NCBI RefSeq assembly: GCF_000195855.1
Contig: NC_002677.1
Location: 30,001 to 62,000 of the forward strand
Direction of reading: 5' to 3'
DNA length: 32,000 bases
Source: Mycobacterium leprae TN
GTDB taxonomy: Bacteria; Actinomycetota; Actinomycetes; Mycobacteriales; Mycobacteriaceae
A program made the translations under genes and the position numbers. The notes beneath the pieces are model-generated. The model saw only the letters and a list, made by a program, of their open reading frames with translations, searched no databases and was not told the origin of the DNA. Positions 21,997 through 31,719 of this stretch are shown here, one piece after another; position 1 is the stretch's first letter, and the number at the start of each line of letters is the position of its first letter.

Positions 21997-23396
21997 GGAA
22001 TCCAGTATGGCTACGTTTCAGCATGGGACGTGCACTGCTCGTCACAGCGTTGGTTCCGCCATGCATCATATTGTTTTTTCACACCCAATACTGGTGGGCC
22101 GGCATTGCGTTGGTGGTGTTGGTCGTGATCCTGACCCTGGTCGAATTTTCCGGGCGGTGGCTAAGCGGCTGGTTGATGGCACTCTATTCATTCTTCCGGC
22201 GTAGTAGTAAGCCGTTGGACACTCCGTCGGAACCGGTGATCGGTGCCACCGTGAAACCTGCAGATCAAGTTATTATGCGCTGGCAAGATGGGTTCCTGGT
22301 CTCGGTCGTCGAACTGATTCCCAGACCATTTACACCGACAGTCATTGTCGATGGAGAAGCGCAGACCGACGACTTGCTGGAGACTCAGCTGTTGGAGCAC
22401 CTGTTGTCGGTGCACTGTCCGGACTTGGAAGCGGTTGTTGTGTCCGCAGGTTATCGTGTCGGCCACGTTGCGTCACTAGACGTCGTCAACCTGTACCAGC
22501 AGGTGATCGGTGCCGACCCGGCGCCCGCGCATCGTCGAACCTGGATCATGCTGCGTGCTGACCCTGTGCGCACCCGCAAGTCCGCACAGCGGCGTGACGC
22601 CGGCGTAGCGGGATTGGCCCGGTATCTGATCGCGTCTACGACGCGTATCGCAGATCAGTTGGCTAGCCATGGTGTGGACGCGGTCTGTGGACACAGCTTC
22701 GAGAGCGTCGACCACGCTACCGATGTCGGCTTCATGCAGGAGAAGTGGTCGATGATGCGGGGGCAAAACGCGTACAGCGTAGCTTACACTGCGCCCGCTG
22801 GTCCGGATGCGTGGTGGTCGGCGCGGGCCGATCACACGATCACCCGGGTCTGGGTGGCTCCTGGGAAGACGCCGCAGGCCACGGTGGTGCTGACGACGCT
22901 CGGGAAACCCAAAACGCCATGTGGGTTTTACCGTCTGCACGGTGCCCAGCAGCCGGCATTGCTGGGCCGAAGCTTCGTTGCCTACCAGCATTGCCAGATG
23001 CCGATAGGATCAGCGGGTGTACTCGTTGGCGAGACAGTGAACCGGTGTTCGGTTTACATGCCGTTCGACGATGTCGACGTGAGCGTCAGCTTGGGTGACG
23101 TCCAGACGTTCACGCAGTTCGTGGTACGTGCGGCGGCTGCAGGTGGCATCGTCACACTCGGACAGCAATTCGAGAAATTCGCTAGGATGATCGGTGGGCA
23201 GATCGGGTCGGTGGCGAAGGTGGCGTGGCCTAATGCGACGACCTATCTCGACCCCTACCCCGGCAGCGAGCGGGTGATACTTAAGCATGATATCATTGGC
23301 ACTCCGCGGCATCGCAAGTTGCCGATCCGCAGGATTTCCCCCCCTGAGGAAGGCCATTACCAGATGGTGCTACCAAAGAGTAGCTACGAACTGTGA
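21993..23396 (+). CDS. eccE1: ESX-1 secretion system protein EccE1
   Basis: 467 aa, N-terminal TM pair. ATGA overlap (21993-21996) with mycP1, and gene order matches Rv3883c-Rv3882c. Confidence 0.95.
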   Translation: MRNPVWLRFSMGRALLVTALVPPCIILFFHTQYWWAGIALVVLVVILTLVEFSGRWLSGWLMALYSFFRRSSKPLDTPSEPVIGATVKPADQVIMRWQDGFLVSVVELIPRPFTPTVIVDGEAQTDDLLETQLLEHLLSVHCPDLEAVVVSAGYRVGHVASLDVVNLYQQVIGADPAPAHRRTWIMLRADPVRTRKSAQRRDAGVAGLARYLIASTTRIADQLASHGVDAVCGHSFESVDHATDVGFMQEKWSMMRGQNAYSVAYTAPAGPDAWWSARADHTITRVWVAPGKTPQATVVLTTLGKPKTPCGFYRLHGAQQPALLGRSFVAYQHCQMPIGSAGVLVGETVNRCSVYMPFDDVDVSVSLGDVQTFTQFVVRAAAAGGIVTLGQQFEKFARMIGGQIGSVAKVAWPNATTYLDPYPGSERVILKHDIIGTPRHRKLPIRRISPPEEGHYQMVLPKSSYEL

Positions 23397-23562
23397 TAGC
23401 GTCCGTTCTTGCAGTGTAGCACGATTTGGGTGTCGATTACGCTACCGATAGGTTATTGCCTGCATGAGATTATGACAGGGTCCCAAAAGAAATTCTTTAA
23501 GTGCGGCAACCACGGACATGAGCGACGCTAAATGTCTGTAGTACTAAGGAGGCTGATGAGAC

Positions 23563-24698
23563 ATGACACAACCGCAGACGATGACGGCGGAGTAGACTGA
23601 GCTCTGGCCAGAGCCGCCGAGGTGTAGTCAGCGCTGACGATAGCACCAAAATTAATGCATTGCCGACGTATGTGCCTCTTTGTATCGCAGTCAACATGGT
23701 CCTATAACTCAATTTGAATCCGACAATATGCAGACCTATCTTGTGGCGGGCTATCAGGAGCGGCAGAAGCTGGCGCAGTCTCTGCGGAATGCGGCCAAGG
23801 CCTATGAGGTTGATGAGGAGTCAGTGTCGGTCATGAACAACGGCAGTCAAGGTTCTGTGTCGGACCATTCCGCCGGGGCCCGAGGATACGGCACCGGTCA
23901 CGGCTTCAATGGAGCCACAAAGCGAGTCGTTTTGGGCCGCATGATGCAAACGAGTGTCGCGATGGTTAAGGAAGGGTGGTTTCGTGGTGAAGTCGCATCT
24001 CACGGCATGTATGAACTACTCCAAGCTTCCTGATGGACATGGGGCCCGAAGCGAAATACAACATACAATCCGACTACCGAACCATCGGTTTTGTTTTCGT
24101 ACAACAGCAAGTGCATTCTCGAGACAGTGCAATCATCCAAACTGGCTGCCGCGGCCAAAATCTACCCGCTGCCGGACACTAATCAAAGGATCTGATTCTC
24201 AACCATATAATATATATATTGAGGTAATGAACAGTTTCAAGGGACGGTGCCGGCCGGGGCCTCACGCCGCCCATGATGTCCTCCCCGGGGGTCCTAGTGA
24301 TGACATGGCCAGCTTCTCCACAGGCGTGGAGCTGGACAAGTGCCGGGTATGGTGCGTCGGATTTGCCGGTGGCATCGGGTGTCGGGATGAAGCCGATGCC
24401 GTTCAGTGGCGGTGGATTCGTAGGTGTGCCACGATCGAAGCCGAATCTGTCCGCCCCCTTCTTGCTTCTTGATCTTGAGAAGTCCGACATCGCAGGAGTG
24501 GGTCGTGGCTGTGCCTTCCATTGACTCCGTGATGGGAAGTGGTGGCATAGGAATGCTTTATGATGGTGGTGGGGACACGGAAATTTTACAACTAAGGGCA
24601 CTTAGCAAGACGACCAAGCGCTTTCTTTACTCCGTGGACCGGGCGTGGACTGAAACATTATCGGTAATCGCTGCCAAGACAACAAGGAGTCAAAGTAA
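23563..24698 (+). pseudogene. espB: espB pseudogene
   Basis: Start MTQPQTMTAE* after an AAGGAGG site, then SDNMQTYLVAGYQERQKLAQSLRNAAKAYEVDEESVSVMNNGSQGSVSDHSAGA. The C-terminus is RAWTET then, frameshifted, IIGNRCQDNKESK*, matching EspB RAWTEAVIGNRRRQDSKESK*. Confidence 0.92.
24205..24220. repeat. (AT)n microsatellite tract in espB pseudogene
   Basis: ATATAATATATATATT directly visible. Confidence 0.8.
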
Positions 24699-25039
24699 TG
24701 GATTTGGATCCAACGCAAGCTCAGACAATGGCTCTGCTGGGGCAATTTCAGTCTGCTCTGGACGAGCAGTGTAACCGAATGACTGACGGAGTGTTCAAGG
24801 CTTCGGATCAAGAAAAGACCGTCGAAGTAACGATCAACGGCTATCAGTGGCTCACCGGTATCCGTATCGAAAGTGGCGCTTTGCGGGAGTTTGGCCACGC
24901 AGTAGTCGCCGATAGGATCAACGAAGCCTTGCAGAACGCGCAGGGCGTGGCAACCGCTTACAACGAAGTCTCGGGTGAGCAGCTCGCCGCAAGGTTGTCC
25001 GCCCTTTCTTGCTCAATCGGCGAACCGCCGCCGACTTAG
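24698..25039 (+). CDS. espL: ESX-1 secretion-associated protein EspL (Rv3880c-like, YbaB/EbfC-like)
   Basis: Intact 113-aa ORF: MDLDPTQAQTMALLGQFQSALDEQCNRMTDGVFKASDQEKTVEVTINGYQWLTGIRIE. Its start overlaps the espB remnant stop (TAATG). Confidence 0.9.
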   Translation: MDLDPTQAQTMALLGQFQSALDEQCNRMTDGVFKASDQEKTVEVTINGYQWLTGIRIESGALREFGHAVVADRINEALQNAQGVATAYNEVSGEQLAARLSALSCSIGEPPPT

Positions 25040-25577
25040 CGTATATTGTTGCGGCATAAACCCGAAGGACTTGGTGTTCTAGTACCCATTTCACCGACGT
25101 TGCTGGTTATTGGTGGACTGACGGCTAGTTAGTAGCCGTGGCAACGTAATGTGGCGCGGTGTCTGTGTGGTCAGCCGACCATTCTTGTCGCTTAGCATGA
25201 ATTGATGATCAGCCCAGCCAGCCGGGTACTACGCAGCCGGTGGTCCTGCACAGTAATCACTTGGTGCCCAAGGGTAAAGTCCCGTTGTGGGACAGCAGGC
25301 GTTTTGATCGTTAAATTGCTGCAGCTAGCTCTCCTTAATGTCAGTTACGCTTGATAAGAATGATCTTGCGGTATCAGAATCGACGAGTGGCCGACAGTGT
25401 ATTCGGGAAATGATGGCCTTGATCGCTGGTTCAAACTGCGCAGTACACGAGCCAATGCAGCGCACGGATTAATGCCGGACATTCTGGTGCTCGGCGGCCT
25501 GACGCTGTGGCGTGGGGCTCGTCTACAGGGCATTGATCGATGTGGCCAGGAAGGTACTGGGAGGTGGATAGAAGACT

Positions 25578-26850
25578 GGCATTTCGAGGACAACGGGTGA
25601 TTATGTTGGGCAGATGCCCGATTCAGGTGGGTGTCAGAAGCCAATAAAAATACTTTTCAATGACCGAACACAAGAATTCAATTAAGTTGTGTTGGAAGAT
25701 TACCGATGTTTTGGAGACTGTCCAGTACAGCTAAAGTTCTAGTCTTAGACAATGGCGTCCTTGGAGGAATCTTTAACGCTTGCAGACTCCGCTAACGGAG
25801 CGAATGTCAAGAAATTGATGATGTTGCAGGATTATCTCGCAACGGTGCTTCCCCTGGTAGTAGGATAGACTGGATTAATTGCGCAAACTAATTCGGATAT
25901 TGATAACAATGTCGACAGGATCCTGGGGAATCATCTTCCAGAGAATGACGTTGAGACGGACTTCGACGAGCGTGCCGTTGCAATTAATGAATGGGGTAAC
26001 TTGACCACGTGGCCAATGTCAGCGTTGTCTCCGACGCCACCGAGTGGGTCATGGTGGGTATCGAAGAACTGGAAGCCGTCTAACCATGCTTTGAAAAATC
26101 TGCCCGAGCAGAAATCACTACCCCAGACATCCCAACGCTGGCAGTCGAGAACCCGGTCACCACACCGAACCTCCCGAGACCAACTCCGGCATTTCATCAC
26201 AATGTTGATTCCTGGAGTGACCAGTATCCTGGTCACTCCAGGAATCCTCCGGGGTCGATGTTTGACATCCCCGGGACACGACTTTCCCATATGAGACCGG
26301 CGAAGACGGACTATACGCTAGCTTCCGATAGGGTAAGTCGATCATAAACCCCAACTTGGGGCGCGAGCAGAGGACACATCAATTGATGTGGTGCCCACCT
26401 AAGCCAGTGGCGTAGGTGTACCCGCCGTGCGGTCGGCACTTGCACACCAAACCGCCAAGCACACATCAACGCTTATCGCTCGTAATGTGGCGTCGCGCAC
26501 GACACGCCTGACAGCGAGTCACCTGATTTGGCGCTCGGCCGTATCGGTTACGGTTTTGACGGTGCGGGTCGTGCGGGACGCCGTGACTGGCGCAGCCACC
26601 CTCCGCACTGCTAAGTCTGATCTGGTGGCGTTGGCGCGACGCGTAGTGACTGCGCTAAACGCGCCTTATCGCCCTGGTCTGGGTGACTTTGGATTTTTCG
26701 GATAACGACCTGGGTACCACTGACCGAAAGAAAACCGTGGTGGCCTACAGTTACGGGCTGGCCTGTATACGCAACTGGCTGTACTGGCAATACGTCGTCG
26801 GGTTGTTTGGCAGCGCCATGTCTGACACGTCCCAGGCCAAAGCCGGCAAC
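25578..26850 (+). pseudogene. espK: espK pseudogene, internally deleted
   Basis: ISRTTGDYVGQMPDSGG...LFNDRTQEFN*VVLEDYRCFGDC (cf. ITRPTGSYARQMLDPGG...[22 protein letters not shown]); KNWKPSNHALKNLPEQKS (cf. KNWKPPKNALEDLLQQKS); LARRVVTALNAPYRPGLGDFGFF; YSYGLACI joined to RNWLYWQYVVGLFGSAM. Confidence 0.88.
26207..26246. repeat. Perfect hairpin, 18-bp arms, 4-nt loop
   Basis: GATTCCTGGAGTGACCAG-TATC-CTGGTCACTCCAGGAATC, checked base by base. Confidence 0.97.
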
Positions 26851-26999
26851 AGCCGAGACGATGAATCCGGTTGCCTTGGCCGCCGTAATCGTGAGAATTC
26901 TTGTGGCAGAGGCATATTGGAACCTCCTACTAGCCGATAGGGGCGGCGTTGCCGTCTGTACGGTGACGTCATGACCACCGGCTGGAGTAGCCTATCCGC

Positions 27000-27990
27000 T
27001 CGAAGATCAAACTTATGGGGTCGTCGGAGCTAATGTTGGAGTTGGCAGCTGCGGCGGGCTCAGCCCGCTGGTTCCCAGTTTTTCCGGCGCCGGCCTGGCT
27101 TACCAGACGCTTAGTCACGATGCTATCCAGCGTGGCCTATATCGGCTCACTGCGGCGCACTCAGTTACTCTTCCAGCGGAGCCGCTCTTCGGGGTCCCTA
27201 CCGGTGGCAACAGCAACCGACCGGTAGGGACCCGATGTAGCAGTGTTATCCTCGCCGTCCTTCTCGTTTTGCCTATCATTTGCTCCGGCGTTGCTCCGCC
27301 TTGAGTGGTGCACTGAAAGCCACCTTGCTGTGCAACTCGAATGGAACTCGGTTTTGCATAATTATGGCGATATCTGTTGAACCATTTGATTGGTCTGCGG
27401 GGCAATCTAAGTTTAGTTGCGGTGTGGTGGCAAAGAGTTCGTCGGGGCCAGTTCGGACAAGTTGTGTTGAAGCTGACCTCTCATAAAGAGGTCAGCCATC
27501 TGATCTAACTCTGGCGAGAATTCTGATAATAGCGACAAAACTATCGCCCCCCATACCTCCTCTGCCGGACTGACTTGTTGGGTCTAATGCCGTACTGGCT
27601 CCAACCGCGGCGCCAGCCGATCCGAAGAGAAATTACTTCAACTCGTCGCCCAGCGCCTGATTTGCTTTCGTATATACATCCGCTGCAGCGGATATGTTGG
27701 ACACTATCTTGGTAAGGGGAGCAGCTGTTAACCGTAGGCAAGTCGTCGTCGACCACCAGTGATTCAATCCCAATCCTGGGCATCGTGGTGTTGATCGCGG
27801 ACGCCAGTCGAATCGGTTCCGGTCGCTATGATCGGCGACGGAGGCACCGGGAACACCAGGTTGCCTGGTTTGGCCCTTGCTGCATCCAGGCCGGAAGGAG
27901 CGATAGCCAATGGTGCAGACATCGCCGGGCATGCTCTGGGTTGCACTTGAGGAAATTTACCGGACTTGGCACCACTGAATTGCCGCACTC
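27000..27990 (-). pseudogene. espJ: espJ pseudogene
   Basis: Minus-strand SGLDAARAKPGNLVFPVPPSPIIATGTDS (cf. EspJ TGLSAAAAKLAGLVFPQPPAPIAVSGTDS) and, in another frame, TKIVSNISAAADVYTKANQALGDELK (cf. TASNMNAAADVYAKTDQSLGTSLS). The downstream end is undefined. Confidence 0.82.
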
Positions 27991-28019
27991 TCGCCAATAT
28001 CGCAATACTACGGTCACCG

Positions 28020-29558
28020 CTAAAAGCTTAGGTTGCGGACCATATCGTAAACGCCGGCGATCCACAACAGCAGCGGAATGATGGATGCGACCACCGCGCC
28101 GTCGATCAATTCCATAATCCGCTTCGTCACCGGTGAAACACGACGAACCCTGACCGTTGCTCCAAATACCATCAGTGCAATAATGGCTGCCACCAGGTAG
28201 CTGGTCAGCAATAGCCAGGCAATCTGCGTGTACCAGATACATAGCTTGACGGTCAACCCGGTCGGAATCACAACGGCGGCTGCCAGTAGCGCCCATGCGC
28301 ACCAACGCTCGGCGTAGAGTCGCGACCGAAACGTGCACACCACCGTTAGCAGAAACGCCACCACTAAGCTATGTGCGAAGAAGTGTCCGCGCACGATCAC
28401 CGCGATAGCACCGGAACACAAAATTAGGGTGCCGGATATGACGTAACCGATCAGCAACCGTTTGGCCAAGGAGCTGCGTTCGGTAAGCCGCACCGCGGAG
28501 TCAGGCACGGAAGCGATGATGGCCTGCCAGGTTGGCGTCTCTTCATGAGTAGCCTCGTGCGGAGTGACAACGGGATCAAGCAATTCTTCGTTGTCTACGG
28601 TCTCGCCGGGAACGGGTATCGGTGGTAGAGCGATCCGGGCGACGGCAACGGTCAGCTTGGCTGCGTTCGTCACGATGAACAGCCCGAAGGCAACTGCCCC
28701 GGTCGGCACCCAGTGCTGGTAGCCAAAGCCGTACGCAATGGCGATCACCACGATCGCGATCGTGGTGATCGCGGTGAACGAGGCGTAGCCAGAATGCCGT
28801 CGGGCGCCTCCCCGGGTCAGCAGGGTTAAAAACAGGACAGCCGCCGCAGCAGCAGCAACCTGCGGCGGCCCCAACGAGTCGACCCCATTTGGTAGCGGGG
28901 TGACCAACGCCGCGGCACTGGCGATCAGCGGGTACGAAGTGAGCAGCAGGCTCTCAGAAAGATCCAGATTTTTGTAGAATTTTTCGGCGACGATGCTGCC
29001 GGTCAGCGCAACGATGCTCAGGATGCCGATCGCCAGCGACCAGAATGGGCTGCGCCCGGTTACCCACCAGGCCCACACCGCGACGGCAGTGATCGGCAGG
29101 CTCAAGACGGGGATTGCCACCCCGATAAAACGGTCCACCGCCTTGCGATTGAACTCTGGCGATTCGTTGAGCACTGCGATCGCGTCGATGACGTCTTCGA
29201 CCAGCGGCCGATACCGTTCTGTGCGACTCGTTGACACCAGGGTCAACAGCGACCCGTCGACAACCCCGGCATCATCGAGCGACTGGTCGAGTTTCATGGG
29301 TGGCGATCCGGGCCGGGCAAATGTCCACACACCCTGGGCGGAAAAGTCGAAGCCCGCCAGGACATCCGCCGGTGCGTCTTCGAGCAGGTCGGATAGCACC
29401 GCTACGGTTTCATCAATGTAGGCCTCGATCGACACCGTCGAGGGCAGCACCAGGTCGGTCATACGTTTGCCAGTAAGAATCGTCACCCGGGTCGCGGAAG
29501 GTCGCGCAGGAGTGATCCCGGCAGTGGCCGGGCCAGCAGTTACAGCAGGCGCGCTCAA
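28020..29558 (-). CDS. eccD1: ESX-1 secretion system protein EccD1 (ubiquitin-like N-terminus, multi-TM)
   Basis: 512 aa. TRVTILTGKRMTDLVLPSTVSIEAYIDETVAVLSDLLEDAPADVLAGFDF..., multiple TM helices, ends GVYDMVRNLSF. Confidence 0.97.
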   Translation of the reverse strand: MSAPAVTAGPATAGITPARPSATRVTILTGKRMTDLVLPSTVSIEAYIDETVAVLSDLLEDAPADVLAGFDFSAQGVWTFARPGSPPMKLDQSLDDAGVVDGSLLTLVSTSRTERYRPLVEDVIDAIAVLNESPEFNRKAVDRFIGVAIPVLSLPITAVAVWAWWVTGRSPFWSLAIGILSIVALTGSIVAEKFYKNLDLSESLLLTSYPLIASAAALVTPLPNGVDSLGPPQVAAAAAAVLFLTLLTRGGARRHSGYASFTAITTIAIVVIAIAYGFGYQHWVPTGAVAFGLFIVTNAAKLTVAVARIALPPIPVPGETVDNEELLDPVVTPHEATHEETPTWQAIIASVPDSAVRLTERSSLAKRLLIGYVISGTLILCSGAIAVIVRGHFFAHSLVVAFLLTVVCTFRSRLYAERWCAWALLAAAVVIPTGLTVKLCIWYTQIAWLLLTSYLVAAIIALMVFGATVRVRRVSPVTKRIMELIDGAVVASIIPLLLWIAGVYDMVRNLSF

Positions 29559-31315
29559 TGACGTCCAGCTCTCTCAAAATCGTCGGACAGTGCTGCGGCC
29601 AGTTCGAGGATCCGGCGCCGGTAGAGGGGGTCGAGCCGGTCGAGTCGAATTTCGGTTCCGGCTGCGATGTGCTTGTCCCAAGGCAGTACCACAACCCGGC
29701 CGGGTTGAATTTGTTGTTCGAATTGTTGCACTAAATCTTTGCTAGCGATGTTGGGCTCTTTCGGCATGACGTGGTTAATCACCACACATGCACGACTCAA
29801 TAAGTCTTGATAACCGTTATGGCGTAGCCAGTCCAAGGCAATCGCAGCTTGCCGGGCGGCGTCGACCGACGTGCTGGTAACGATCACCACCCCGGACGCT
29901 GTCGAGAGCACACCGCGGGTGACCGGGTCGAACAAACCGACCCCGCAGTCGGCCAACATTACATTGTAGTACTTTGATACTGTCGCGGCAGCGAAATTCC
30001 AGTCCTCTCCGCTCAGGGCGTGTTGGGCTGTGCTGTATTCCGCTGCGGGGAGAACTTCAAGATTGACTGCATTTACGCTGGTGTGCGTGCGGATATCGTT
30101 GTAGGACTTCACATCTTTGTCTGCCAGCAGATCAGCGATGTTTGCTTCCGAAAAACGTCCCGCTCGGTCGGCGAGGTTTCCGCAGCTGGTATCTGCGTCA
30201 ACTACCAGAATCCGGTCGTTACGCACCCGAGCGAACATCGAGCCCAAAGTAACCGTCACGGTCGTCTTACCGGCCCCGCCTTTGAGGCCCAAGATCCCGA
30301 TCTGATACGAACCGCGGGGCGGTCGACGTACCCGCGTGCGCAAATCCAGCTCGTAGCGCTCGTCTGGTGACAGGCCCAGGTTTATCCGCGTCACGGTATG
30401 GACCCAATGCCGCCACCCTCGTTTAGCCACCACCTTGCTCGGCTTTTTGGCCCCGGTGCTCCGTCCTGTCTGCACGCCGATTGCGGATGTCGCAGTCGAA
30501 TCGTGCAGTGCGGTACGGTGACTTACCAGGCCATCAGGTCTGGTAAGATGTTGTGTCGGAGCCGGCTCTGCTGCGGCGTGGGGCGCCTGCCGCAGTTCAG
30601 CTGTCCTCGCGCGCGGCGCGATCATAGGCTCAGTTGCTGATGCCGGGTTGGCCTGTTGGGTTTCGTCGCGATGGTGGTGACCCCGGCGAGCGTGTCGTGA
30701 ATGTTGGTTCGCAGATGGACGCGGCGCTTCAGGCGGACTGCTCATTGGCCTCGGAAGCAAAGATGGTTTGGGTGTAGCCGGAGGCTGTGCTTCGAATTCA
30801 GCAAGAGAAGGTTCAGGCGAGGTGACCGGCGTTCGCTGGGATCCGTCGATTGGCGTCATCGGCATTGGCGTTGCAGGTTTGGCCGGGGAAGGCTCGTTGA
30901 TCGGTATCGGGACCGATGGGGGCTCGGCTTTAGCAAATTGATGTTCGGGTGCCTCCGCGGGTGGCCATTGCGGAGGTTCGCTGATTGGCATTAACGATGC
31001 TGCTGGCGAACGGGGAGGGGCGCTAACTGGCATAGGGGCCCGCGGAGATTCGGATGAGGCCGGCGGGGGTTGCACCGAGCTGCCGATGGGCATCGGGGGC
31101 AGAGGAGATTTGGATGCAGCCGGGGGGTTCGGCGGCAGCTGCTCTGACCAATCCGGCATTGGGGACGCAACTTCACCATTGGGCGTCGTAGTACAGGTTG
31201 GTATGATGGGTGGCGGATATAGTGGAGCATCGTCGAATAACTGCTCCGCTGCCTGATCTGGCGATGCGTAGGCACCATCGTCAAGCCGAAAGAGTTTGTC
31301 ATAATCGGCCGCCAT
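29555..31315 (-). CDS. espI: ESX-1 secretion-associated protein EspI (Pro-rich N-terminus plus ParA/MinD-like ATPase domain)
   Basis: 586 aa. Extended Pro-rich N-terminal half, then IGILGLKGGAGKTTVTVTLGSMFARVRNDRILVVDAD (deviant Walker A). 4-bp overlap with eccD1. Confidence 0.96.
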   Translation of the reverse strand: MAADYDKLFRLDDGAYASPDQAAEQLFDDAPLYPPPIIPTCTTTPNGEVASPMPDWSEQLPPNPPAASKSPLPPMPIGSSVQPPPASSESPRAPMPVSAPPRSPAASLMPISEPPQWPPAEAPEHQFAKAEPPSVPIPINEPSPAKPATPMPMTPIDGSQRTPVTSPEPSLAEFEAQPPATPKPSLLPRPMSSPPEAPRPSANQHSRHARRGHHHRDETQQANPASATEPMIAPRARTAELRQAPHAAAEPAPTQHLTRPDGLVSHRTALHDSTATSAIGVQTGRSTGAKKPSKVVAKRGWRHWVHTVTRINLGLSPDERYELDLRTRVRRPPRGSYQIGILGLKGGAGKTTVTVTLGSMFARVRNDRILVVDADTSCGNLADRAGRFSEANIADLLADKDVKSYNDIRTHTSVNAVNLEVLPAAEYSTAQHALSGEDWNFAAATVSKYYNVMLADCGVGLFDPVTRGVLSTASGVVIVTSTSVDAARQAAIALDWLRHNGYQDLLSRACVVINHVMPKEPNIASKDLVQQFEQQIQPGRVVVLPWDKHIAAGTEIRLDRLDPLYRRRILELAAALSDDFERAGRH

Positions 31316-31405
31316 GAGAGCCTTTCAGATGTGTGGTCCAGTACACACGAGAAAAGGGCGAGATCCCTTGAAGTAGAGCCCGCCCCGATCTCGTGCGTGG
31401 GTATT

Positions 31406-31693
31406 CTACCCGGTGAACATACTCATGACGCCTGCCTCGGTCTGTTGCATCGTTTCAGCCGAGTGATTGATTGCTTGCACCAGGTCGCCCAGTGCATGGT
31501 TTATTCCCTCGGTGTTCTGGTTGAAACGTCGTTGGACTGACGAATAGGACTCGTTACCGGAACCATGCCACGAGCTCTGCAGCTTTGTGAGCGATTCTTG
31601 GCATTGCTCGAGCAACGCATCGATTCTGCTCTGGCTTCCTTGCAGTTCGTTGACGGCACCCTGTAGGGCAGGAAAGTGCCACGCCTGTATCAT
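31406..31693 (-). CDS. esxA: 6 kDa early secretory antigenic target (ESAT-6), WXG100 protein
   Basis: 95 aa: MIQAWHFPALQGAVNELQGSQSRIDALLEQCQESLTKLQSSWHGSGNESYSSVQRRFNQNTEGINHALGDLVQAINHSAETMQQTEAGVMSMFTG. Contains the WXG motif and the M. leprae-type sequence. Confidence 0.99.
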   Translation of the reverse strand: MIQAWHFPALQGAVNELQGSQSRIDALLEQCQESLTKLQSSWHGSGNESYSSVQRRFNQNTEGINHALGDLVQAINHSAETMQQTEAGVMSMFTG

Positions 31694-31719
31694 CTCATGC
31701 TCCGTTCTTGGTGATTGGA

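Noticed and set aside
22476-22991. 171-aa minus-strand ORF inside eccE1
   Set aside because: Antisense to an intact conserved gene, with no recognisable motifs.
27826-28338. 170-aa ORF at 27826-28338 on the minus strand
   Set aside because: Overlaps the 3' part of eccD1 in another frame and has no family features.
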